Of a stretch of DNA of 64,000 nucleotides, positions 36,466-45,896 are shown piece by piece (within the stretch, counting starts at the first letter, position 1; every line of letters begins with the position of its first letter). The notes beneath the pieces were generated by a model. That model did no database searches and was not told where the DNA came from. It saw only the letters and a program-made list of their open reading frames with translations. This stretch comes from Phyllosticta citribraziliensis (Eukaryota): assembly GCF_038025025.1 (NCBI RefSeq), contig NW_027117346.1, positions 310,001-374,000 on the forward strand. The letters are read 5' to 3'. The translations under genes and the position numbers were made by a program.

Positions 36466-37440
36466 ATGTCGCCAGGTATCCACAGAGGTTTCCGATCAAT
36501 TCCTGCGCTTTTTGGACACGGCCGCTGCTCCAGGCCGCAGGCAAAGGACGACCACAATTATGGACAAAAGAAGCACAAGTCGTCTCTTAGTCGGCACAAA
36601 AACGGAGACCAAAAGCCATTCTCGCTCTCGGATCAAGTCAAATATGCAGCGCGCGAAATGGTGCAGCTCCGGATCTGGCAGGACTACGGATGTTACATTG
36701 GCTCTGGCCACTGGAACCAACAGAGGGAAGAGGAAGTAACGGCGACGAAGCACCAGCTGATCCAGGTGGCATGCACTGCGTCTGACAGGGGTTACGACTG
36801 GCGTGTCATCTCAGAAGAGCTGGGACAGGAGCAAAAGACACTGGAGATGCTGAAGTCGCAAGAGATTCCGGTCAGCAGCAGACGCCTGAAAGAGGAGTTT
36901 CCGTTGATGGCGGCCATCGAAGACGGCCTCATGAGGACCTTTGGCCGACACGGCCTGAAGCGCGACGAATGGATATGGGAGTTGCACGAATATGTTCGCC
37001 GGCAGATGGTCCGCTCCTTTTCTCCACACTACAACTTCTTTGAGGAGCTGGCGCGCCGCAAAGACTGGATCGCCATGGGTGACAGCCTCACCCGCGACTT
37101 GTCCAGGCTTGAAGACCTCTGGAGCTGCAATGAGTCCATCATTTTGCACAAGATGCGAGCGGCCTTGATCAATTGCGCCTCCTACTTTTTTCTCGAGTTT
37201 CCCCGCATGTCCGACGACGGCGTCAAACACTTCTATCCGCGGAGAGACTGGCTGGATGATCCATCACCCCCGCAAATACCTACACTACCACCTGCTCCGG
37301 AGGAGGCACTGGACGCCATAGCCAGAGACGAGAAGACGTTGCGTAGCGTCATCAACGAGTGCACGAGCGACAAGGTATGCCATCTAGGCGAAAAAGCAGC
37401 TAGAACGAGACGTGCTCGCCCGCAGTCATGCGTATTATGA
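36466..37440 (+). CDS. Hypothetical helical protein; start and 3' end uncertain (possible intron at 37375)
   Basis: 324-aa ORF with coding-like codon use and amphipathic segments (WRVISEEL..E, WIWELHEYVRR, DW..M...L..DL..LE..W). No domain recognised. Confidence 0.55.
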   Translation: MSPGIHRGFRSIPALFGHGRCSRPQAKDDHNYGQKKHKSSLSRHKNGDQKPFSLSDQVKYAAREMVQLRIWQDYGCYIGSGHWNQQREEEVTATKHQLIQVACTASDRGYDWRVISEELGQEQKTLEMLKSQEIPVSSRRLKEEFPLMAAIEDGLMRTFGRHGLKRDEWIWELHEYVRRQMVRSFSPHYNFFEELARRKDWIAMGDSLTRDLSRLEDLWSCNESIILHKMRAALINCASYFFLEFPRMSDDGVKHFYPRRDWLDDPSPPQIPTLPPAPEEALDAIARDEKTLRSVINECTSDKVCHLGEKAARTRRARPQSCVL

Positions 37441-37908
37441 GCACTATTGGGATGTTGTTTACTGTACGCCATGAGAAAGTCTGCTTCCGTTGTGTGGGCT
37501 GGAAAGGATGGCCTGCCGGGCAGTCAGCAATGTACTTCAAAACGTTCGATAGCAGGAGTCAATGCAGATCGCTCTCGACAAGGAAGGTTGTCAATTTCGC
37601 AGAGAAACTGCTTTGCCAAGTCAGGATCATGGCGGAGAACCTCTGTATGGTACAATCCACGGATTGCCATGTAGTCACGAGACGTCTTCGGCTGTCGACC
37701 TGGACTCAGCGAGGGGCGCGCCCACGCGAGTTGACGTCAATCTTGGGCGGAGTAACGAGGGATATCAGAAGGCAGAATTTGAGTCCGTAACTGCATATGA
37801 AATTCCGTAGTACCCTGAATCTACACTCCAACTTTTAAACCAGGAAGCTTCTTCGATCCGCAAAATGAAATCACCCCTCCGCCCCTTCAAACGCCCTTTT
37901 CTTCACAT

Positions 37909-40900
37909 TCATGCGGCAGCTCCCACGGCCTTTGGCTTTCTCGAATACAGCTGCACCACCGCGTCAAACAGATCCCTGACCGGTGGCAGAGCAAAGCTGG
38001 GTCCGACGTCGAAAACTTGGGCAAGCTTCTCCGAGCGCACAACGGGCTTATCGCCTTCTTCATCCTCGTAATCCTCAATGTCCTCTGCCGTTGGAAGCGG
38101 CGCCGCGACATCATCCATCTCCTCGTCCTCGTCTTCTTCATTAGGCGCCTCAATCATAGTCTCCTCCTGGTGGAACGTGGTGAGCGCCTCGTCCGCCTGA
38201 GCAACGGCGCCGACAAGCTGCAGGCCCATGGCGGATCTCGGCGCAATAACGCGGACTTCGGCGTCGGTATTCAGCGCGACGTATCCCTTTGAGCCTTGGG
38301 CGGGAATCAAGGAAGTGACTACCCTGGGAATGTTCACCGAGTAGATTGGGCGCGGTGATGACGGATCGAAAACAACAACCTTGGATTGGCGACTCTGCAC
38401 ATCCGGCTTCTTGCGATCCGTGGTCTTGCCGTCAGTTTTCGCCGCCTGTTGCCTTTTGCGCGGGTCCTCCGCCGGAAGGGAGACAGCAAAGGTGCCGTCG
38501 TTGTGGTTGATGGCAAGGTGCGCCATTTCGGCCTTTTGTGCGCGGGAGAGTTGCAAGGGGAGGAAGCTGTATCCATAGCTGAGCTCATCATCGACCAAAT
38601 TCCATAAGCTGAGAGAGTTGGAGAGAATAATAAAGCGACTGCCGGAGAAACCGATGTCGACAAGGCCATTGCTGTATAAACCGGCACGAGAGTAGCGAAT
38701 GATACCAGATGCAGGATCGATGAAGTGCACGAGGCCTTGACTGTGGGTACCGTAAAACTCTTGGCTCGCTGCAAGGACAGATCCGTCTGGGGAGTAAGCG
38801 ATCCGGGCATAGATGGGCTTCAGCGCACCAGAGCTCTCAGAATTGGCATCGAGACTTTCCACACTGGACTCGAGCTTGACAGAATGACGGTTCGACCAAG
38901 TGACGAACCCTTGGCCCGTGCTTCCCCGAACCACAGTGCCGTCGCGCAGTCGGGTTTTGGGGGTCCAGATGCGGACAAAGCCATCTTCGCCGACCGTCGC
39001 AAAAGTGGTGCTGTTGGGGTCAAACTTGAGGTCGAAGACACGGCCAGAGCCCATGCGCTCAGTGAATTGGTGGGGCGCGTCGATGCGAGTCTCCAGAACC
39101 CAGAGCTTCTTGTCTTCGTTCCACATCCAGAACTTGAGATAGACCTCGCGGCGAGCGTTGCGTTCGTCCTCGGTCATTCTCTTGTCTGCAGCCAAGTGTT
39201 CTACATCTTCATATGGCGGGACCCACTCTTCCACGGTAGCGAGCCATTGTCCGTTGCTGCTGAGCTGCAGGTGCCTAACATCTGGCTCACGCAGTCTTGT
39301 GGCGTCAGGGCCATTCATGAAAATGGTTGCATTGTTCCGGGTGATTGCTTGACGAGAGACGTGGTAGTTCGAAGAGATGTCGTAAACCTGGAGGAATGGA
39401 GCCGGGAGATGAATCTCGTTCGTCTCCGTCTTGGGCTGCGAGACAGGTACAGCAAGCAGAATTTGGTTGGAATTCTGGGGGTTGATTGCTGCGGGAGTGC
39501 GGTAGACCTCGTCCAACTTCTCCTTCCCAGAGTCAGCACCATTAGCGCCCGTCTCTTTTGACAGGACTTGAGACTGCAGTCCAGCGACGTGCGCCTTTGG
39601 CTCGAGTTCAGTCGTTGAAAGAACAATGACGGAGTTGTCTGCTAATTGGACAGCATAGGTAGCGCCACTGGCCGACACAGTGATTGCATCGATGGCAGCC
39701 GTAAGATGTGGGAGAAAGTTGGCCTTTCCGGTTTCAGTCTGCCACATGACCAAGACAGTTTCTTGGCCACCAGAAATGATGTAGTCACCTGTGGGCGGTC
39801 AGCCTGACAACCTCAATGAATTAGGAAGGGAAAGTTACCCTCTAGCGACCACTTCACTGTTGAAACAGCATAGCGGTGCCAGTGAAGACGGCGAGGGGCC
39901 AAAGGCTGAGAAGCTGGGTTCTCCTTCTTTGCGTTCTCGAGCTGGATGAGTTTGTTGACAACGTCATCGTAGACAAGGATGCTGCCGTCGTGACATCCAA
40001 TGACAACATCGATAGGGTCCTTGAAGTTTCCAGCAGGCTTGCGGGGTTTCTGCGAGGACGATGGGCGTCCAACTTTGATGGCCATGGAGGTAATGGGAGA
40101 TTTGGATTTCAACTCTCTCCAAACAAATGTAAGGTCCTTGAGAGTGGTCGCAGCGTTTTCCTTGGCTTTGCCAACCATAAAGGTGTCTTTGAAGGAGGCG
40201 ACGATGGCATTGCCTTCAGCCGCCACGTTGAAGCCTGTTATCGGTTTCCTCGTCCTCAACAACGGGGTGGCCTCAGAGTTCTTGCCGTCCTTGGGTCTAC
40301 GCAACCGGTGTGCAGTAATGGTGCTGTATTCTCCTCTCTCGCACACAAACAGCGTATCGGCGATAGTGCCGTTCTCTTCATCATAAGCAGCCGTTGCGAT
40401 TCCTCGAACGCGAGAAGACAGGTCCCACCGAGCGAGTTTCTTTCCATTGACCCAGTCCCAGAGCACTGTGAATCCAGCGGCGTCAGAAACCCAGAGACGA
40501 TCGGCATAAGCACTTGACAGGGCGTATGCTGCGACCGGGGGCCCTTGGTTCATCGGCAGCGTCCTGACAAGGAGAGAGGTTGCGACGGAATAGATGAGGA
40601 CGGCTTTGGACGTAGCAAAGATGATGTATCTGCAGGTTCCCAGTCAGCAAATTGTCCCCACGTACACGAGATACGAGCGTACTTCTCATCCTTGCTGAAA
40701 ACGGGATCTATTTGGAGGAATCGTCCTCCGACCGGCTCGGAGGCATACCACCGGCCATTCTCGTCATAGCGCTTCTTCTTTGGCTTCGCAACCTCGCCAT
40801 TTATTTGTGCCGATTGCATTTCCTTCTTCTCCTCGGATGTCTCCTCCGTCTGGGAAGCTACTGGCTCCGTCTTGTGGACGACAGCTCCCTCTTCTTGCTT

Positions 40901-41056
40901 CGCTTGGGCTGGTGTCCCGTTCGCTGCGACATCCTCTCCCTGGGTCCTGATGCGCTTGGCGCCATGCTTGCCAGCGGTTGAGTCCTTGGCCTTTCTCTTG
41001 CGTTTCGCGTCCTGCGGCGTGGCGGGGCCGCTCTGGAGGGTCGTGGCGTTCGACAT
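37909..41056 (-). CDS. NAN1: WD-repeat U3 snoRNP/t-UTP subunit Utp17/Nan1 (WDR75). Exons 41056-40683, 40629-39839, 39788-37909
   Basis: GGRFLQIDPVFSKDEK|YI, RRLHWHRYAVSTVKWSLEG|DYIISGGQETVLVMWQTETGKANFLPHL, GQWLATVEEW...LKFW, and C-terminal LPPVRDLFDAVV. Canonical introns. Confidence 0.88.
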
Positions 41057-41308
41057 TGCGCCGGTGATGCCGAGGATTTGGTGTTGAACTTTTAGGATTG
41101 GACGCGCCCGTGGTCGAACTTTTCGAGGGTCTGTGCGCCAGGCGGTGGGTGGGCGCGGGATTTGCCCGCTAACCTCCGCGTGCAACCAACTTTCTTCCTC
41201 CAACACAAACCAAACCTTGACCTCACGCGCCTTGGCTCCATCTTTCCGCCTGCCGCCCAAGATTAGCCCTCCAAATCGATTGCACTCCCTTGCACAGATA
41301 CAGGCACC
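41057..41308. promoter_or_regulatory. 252-bp bidirectional promoter shared by NAN1 and RPB10
   Basis: Divergent ATGs at 41056 (-) and 41309 (+). Contains GGGTGGGCG-CG-GGATTTGCC at 41147-41166. Confidence 0.7.
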
Positions 41309-41733
41309 ATGATCATTCCTGTGCGCTGCTTTTCTTGCGGCAAGGTAGACACTCTCAATCCGTGCGGCTTCTGGCTTGTACTCACTCGACGCAGGTGATT
41401 GGAGACCTCTGGGAGCGCTTCGAGAAGCTTGTGGAAGAGCACATGGTGGAAGGGTATGCAACAGTCCTAGTCAAATCCGGGCCGCGCAAACTGACATCGC
41501 CATAGTGATGCCATGGACGAGCTGGGCCTGAACCGCTACTGCTGCCGCCGCATGGTCATGACCCACGTCGATCTCATCGAGAAGCTGCTCAAGTACTTGG
41601 ACTCTGAACAACATGGGGCTCGAGAAACAGGATCTGACAGACACACAGGTACAACACTGCAGAGCGTGAGCTCCAGCGCATGCGCCAGGACAGGACCGAC
41701 AGACTGGACAGGCCCGCGGATATGCGGCAGTAA
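41309..41733 (+). CDS. RPB10: RNA polymerase I/II/III shared subunit RPABC5 (88 aa). Exons 41309-41344, 41395-41453, 41506-41592, 41649-41733
   Basis: Spliced [21 protein letters not shown]...[36 protein letters not shown]... with three GT-AG introns. Confidence 0.97.
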
Positions 41734-42092
41734 AGGCTTGAGAGACGGCAAGATTGCGGTCTTCGCGACTATCGTGGCTTGAGGGAGAGCATGGCATCAC
41801 AAAAGAGGGCGTCTTGGGCGTTTTGAATCCCGCATGCGACGGGAGGAGTCATTTCACAATTAGGGCCGGAGTCTGGAGCTCACCAACCAAGTTGGATGCG
41901 ATGAAATCGAGGAATCGTTTCCATTCCCATGATGCCAAGCTAGCATTGGCAACATCGACGCGACTGCCACTGCGGCCATTGCTCTGATGATGTCTCTGTA
42001 GGTTTCGACGCGAAAGTCTTATTCTTGGGCATTTTGACTTTTCAAAACGAGAGAGACCCGATATCTGGCTGCAAGACTCTTCTCCTAAGACA

Positions 42093-44219
42093 TCAGATTA
42101 TGGTTACCTTACAATCTTCACCAGACCACCCAAAAGGATCGTCAGCCATTCGGACAACGGGAGTGCGTGGCTCGTCGAAAGTTGCCACCAAAAACATACC
42201 CACTCGCCGAAACAACCGTTTTGAGTAACCACCAACTGCTGTTTGTACTTGCTCAAGCATCATGAAAAGAGTATCGCATTGGCTGTCCCTTGCTTGAACC
42301 CCAGCAAGACGCAATGCCCAGGATGGAGCCTCAGTGTCCCGATCAACAGAGCCCCATAACTCCCTTCGAATGCGGGATTTCGTCCCGGGAGCTCCGAGCA
42401 AAGCAGTTTTCAGGGCCTCGTCAAAGAATTCGTCATCGTTGACAAACTTGCTTCTCAATGACAGTGGTACGCTTTGAACGTCTGGTCTTTTAATTGGTGA
42501 CGCGGTGAGAAATACCAGGAGACCGCTCAAGTCAAGTCTTCCAAACACTCTTTTGGCAGCTTTGCTTGCAGTCGTGAGTTGCAAACTCGAAAGATCGACA
42601 TAACAGAACTGTTCAAAATGCAGACCCCTCTCGAGAGGATCCTGCAAGGCCCAGGTTACGGAACCATCCCAGGCGATCCAACTCCACGAAGGCGCACGAT
42701 CCTTTCGTGGAATCACCTTGACATAGGGGTCGGTCGACCACATGAGATCTTTGAACAGTGTCTCCTGCCACAATCCAACGACGTACCTGGGGCCCTTCTG
42801 GAGCGTGTGGGCGAAGTGATGCAAACCGGCCTCGAACATGGTAACCACACCAGCGAGCGCCACCATCTTGTCACTGTCGAATGTCAAACCTCTTTCTGTA
42901 AAGTTTTGGACAACGTGTCGCCAGGCTTTCTCCTGCGAGGTAATTCCCCGGTCCATCGTCACCAGATTCAGCACGATGTTTCGAGTGTCAGGCTGGAGGA
43001 CATCCAAGTCCTTTTCAGAAAAAAACCCTGCTGGACAATTCCACTCGATGTGGCCGCGGCCCATCTGGAGTACTGCGAATGCAAGCACATGCTCTTGGAG
43101 ACACCAGCCTCTGCCGCCTAATGGATTGAAAGTGTCGGATTGATCGATAAAGGCGCGCTGGATATAAACGTCCTCGCCTTCCTCAAGACTGGCCACGCAA
43201 GCAGCCCGGCGAAAACCCAGCCCGGCTTTACTTCCTGGTGTGCTGTAGGCTGACAATACAAATGCCGCATGTTGGTAGACTTGGCTCATCAGCAGCGCCT
43301 CCTTTTCCCAGTCTTCCTCGTCATCTTGGATAATGCACAATGCGTCTATCCAGATCCAGCGAATACCGAGCTGCCGGACCACGAATATGGCGTCCTTGAA
43401 CGTCGGTGGTAATATTTCCTCGGGGATTCCCTCGGCTGTAAAGGCAGCATACTTCTTATGAACCAATCGGGTTTCAATCAAGCCACCCCAGCAGTGACTC
43501 AGGGCGACGTAGAGATCACTTTTGCCATGCGACAAGACAACCTTTGGCGGATTGCTTTGCACGTCAATCACTCTGGTCGGTAGTACCGATTTCTCGCGAT
43601 CACACTTCTCGTGCCCTCTTCTGCGTTTGACGCAGTCATCGACCCAGCGGCGGATATCGGCGAAAGGGGCTCCAAGAGGAAGCTCCGGGAGGATGTACTC
43701 TCCAGACGTCGCGCGATTGCCTGCGCCAGCTTTTTGCAAGATATCAAGCGGCATGCTTCGCAGCAAGTAGTCTTGGCCCTTCCAGCTTTGAATCTGTCCC
43801 AGATGCGCATACACACCGTCGATTTCCGTGCAGCTAGCTTTGAAGCTCTCTATGTATACCCAGACATGATCCCAGCTTGGCAGCTGAGATTCGTCGTTTC
43901 CGAAAAATGGATGCGGAGCGTTTTTGTTCCACATGGATTCGAGAATGACTTCGCAAAGAGGGCAGCCACTGAAAGCATGCTTTCCATTCAATGTCCTAAA
44001 GTATTCTCGACTGTTGTGCCGAAAGTGATAGACGACTTTACTTCCGTTGCGAGACTGCCAGATACATGGGCATTTGAGGCTGAAGTCTTTGGACAAGATG
44101 TGCTCAACCAACTGACGGCAAGATGGGCATAGTGAATCGCGGGTGCGGAAGGGGAAGTTTTGCAAGTTCCGATTCTGATTAACATTTGGCTGCGGCGACG
44201 ACATGCTGGCGAAAAGCAT
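42093..44219 (-). CDS. HET-domain (heterokaryon incompatibility, TOL-like) protein, intronless, 708 aa
   Basis: LPTRVIDV, YVALSHCWG, LPPTFKDAI, WIWIDALCIIQDD..DW..E...M..VY, RGWCLQE, LTFDSDKMVALAG, RAPSWSW. Confidence 0.93.
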   Translation of the reverse strand: MLFASMSSPQPNVNQNRNLQNFPFRTRDSLCPSCRQLVEHILSKDFSLKCPCIWQSRNGSKVVYHFRHNSREYFRTLNGKHAFSGCPLCEVILESMWNKNAPHPFFGNDESQLPSWDHVWVYIESFKASCTEIDGVYAHLGQIQSWKGQDYLLRSMPLDILQKAGAGNRATSGEYILPELPLGAPFADIRRWVDDCVKRRRGHEKCDREKSVLPTRVIDVQSNPPKVVLSHGKSDLYVALSHCWGGLIETRLVHKKYAAFTAEGIPEEILPPTFKDAIFVVRQLGIRWIWIDALCIIQDDEEDWEKEALLMSQVYQHAAFVLSAYSTPGSKAGLGFRRAACVASLEEGEDVYIQRAFIDQSDTFNPLGGRGWCLQEHVLAFAVLQMGRGHIEWNCPAGFFSEKDLDVLQPDTRNIVLNLVTMDRGITSQEKAWRHVVQNFTERGLTFDSDKMVALAGVVTMFEAGLHHFAHTLQKGPRYVVGLWQETLFKDLMWSTDPYVKVIPRKDRAPSWSWIAWDGSVTWALQDPLERGLHFEQFCYVDLSSLQLTTASKAAKRVFGRLDLSGLLVFLTASPIKRPDVQSVPLSLRSKFVNDDEFFDEALKTALLGAPGTKSRIRRELWGSVDRDTEAPSWALRLAGVQARDSQCDTLFMMLEQVQTAVGGYSKRLFRRVGMFLVATFDEPRTPVVRMADDPFGWSGEDCKVTII

Positions 44220-44493
44220 ACGTTCTCGTCGGGTTGTGAAAAGTTGCAGGGCTGATCATCCAAGTGCATCACAAAGGCTTGGCAAGCTTAGTCACCCAAA
44301 AAAGTGAAGGTCCGGATGCGCATCATCGGCGCAGCTCCACCACCTCATCGTCTGCCACACGTCCACTGCCGTCCAACAACCCACCGAATCAGTAAGAATA
44401 TACATTTATCGTGCCCCAAAAATACACTGACTTTTGAACTCAGGACTTCCCAACGCTACCGTCCGTCTTCCCCGAAAACCTCCGTCGACCACA

Positions 44494-44774
44494 ATGCCTG
44501 TCAAGCGCGCCGCCAACACTGGCTCCAAGAAGGAGCAGGGCTACGTCGGCTCTGCCTGGTCCACCGTCACTTCATCCGACAACCGCACCATGGTTACGGC
44601 CCTCGGCATGTTCGCTGTACGTACACGATGCCTCCCGATCAACCATTGTTCTGTAAAGGCGCATAACGCATCGATAAATCATTGGACTTGGCCACGAATA
44701 CTGACTGGACCTCTTGAAAGGCCGGTGTCGCATTCTTCCACAGCAGCTGGAGCGAAATCATGCTGCCATTGTAA
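44494..44774 (+). CDS. TOM6: Mitochondrial outer-membrane translocase small subunit Tom6 (58 aa). Exons 44494-44616, 44721-44774
   Basis: Spliced MPVKRAANTGSKKEQGYVGSAWSTVTSSDNRTMVTALGMFA|AGVAFFHSSWSEIMLPL*. Intron GTACGT...TACTGAC...AAG. Matches the recalled Pezizomycotina Tom6 pattern (TS.EN..V.....F..GVAF..SSW.E.L). Confidence 0.85.
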
Positions 44775-45214
44775 AATCATATCGGGACGAAGGAGAGGCG
44801 ACCTCGAGACGAGATAAATTCAAACAACGTCATACCCATGAAATCGGAAATTCAAGGACATTGCCCGACGCGGGATTTCAGACTTGGTGAGGAACGGATC
44901 TGTACAATAAGTATTGCATGATTGGGGGCGTCTGGGAATGGGTTTCAGAGCGCAGCTCTTCAAAGTACCACACCCGGCGGGACTATCTTGAGCGCAGCGC
45001 TCCAAAGGCGACGCGACCATGGTAAGGATCAAAAAGTCGCGCCAGCTGCACGTCTGCTCTGCTCCAGCCAAGTTGCGGTGGTAGATTCTCGACACTACCT
45101 ATGCCAACATGACGCCTGTTGGTAAAACACAAGCAAACCATCATTCAGTTTCTTCAACTTCTTTCCCACGTGTAGCCTTTCCTTTACGAAAGCCACCTTT
45201 TCGAAATCGATAGC

Positions 45215-45352
45215 CATTCAATGGCCAATTTTTAAAGCTTCAAACTGACCTAGAGCCTTTCGTTTCTTCATGCTAAACATCATAGGTGATCTCTTAATAC
45301 TGTCTTTCCCTAACCGATTCCTCATTCAATGGCCAATTATTAAACCTTCAGA
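45215..45352 (+). repeat. 30-bp direct repeat (27/30 identical) containing CCAAT, upstream of the HET-6-like gene
   Basis: CATTCAATGGCCAATTTTTAAAGCTTCAAA (45215-45244) versus CATTCAATGGCCAATTATTAAACCTTCAGA (45323-45352). Confidence 0.85.
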
Positions 45353-45896
45353 TAGGCCAGCAATTTCTCCTAACTTGTTGCTAAAATTCTGGGTCAATTA
45401 GACCAGCTCCACAGTGGATGTCCAAAGAAATGATGCACCATATCACTATGGCTGTATCCAAGGGGCAGTCATTCACTGCTGCAGATGGGCTTTTGAAGCT
45501 GTCTTTTCCTGGCACAGTGCTGCCATGGCTAGGGAGCAGTCGTTTGATGCCGCAATTGGGCTCAGGGAACATTCATTCACGAGCACAATAAGGTTCAGGG
45601 AGATGTCCACTATCACAGTCACACTCAGGGAGTTTTCATCCAATGGGACTGACCCAGGGAGTTCCACCTCTTACATCACACGCTGTGGTTCGGCTTTGGG
45701 GGCTGTGTGATTGATGCGCGTGGAAATGGCTTAGTCACCGCCAATCAGCCTTATGGCCCCCAACTCGGAGCGTTGAAGACATGAAACCCTAAAGGAGGAC
45801 CATCGCTCGTCCGACGTCCGATCCGACTCTGGCTGGTCCGCCAGAAAGCCCCTCAAAGGAATCAGACCAAGCACACTCGCCGCGGAAAAACTGGCC

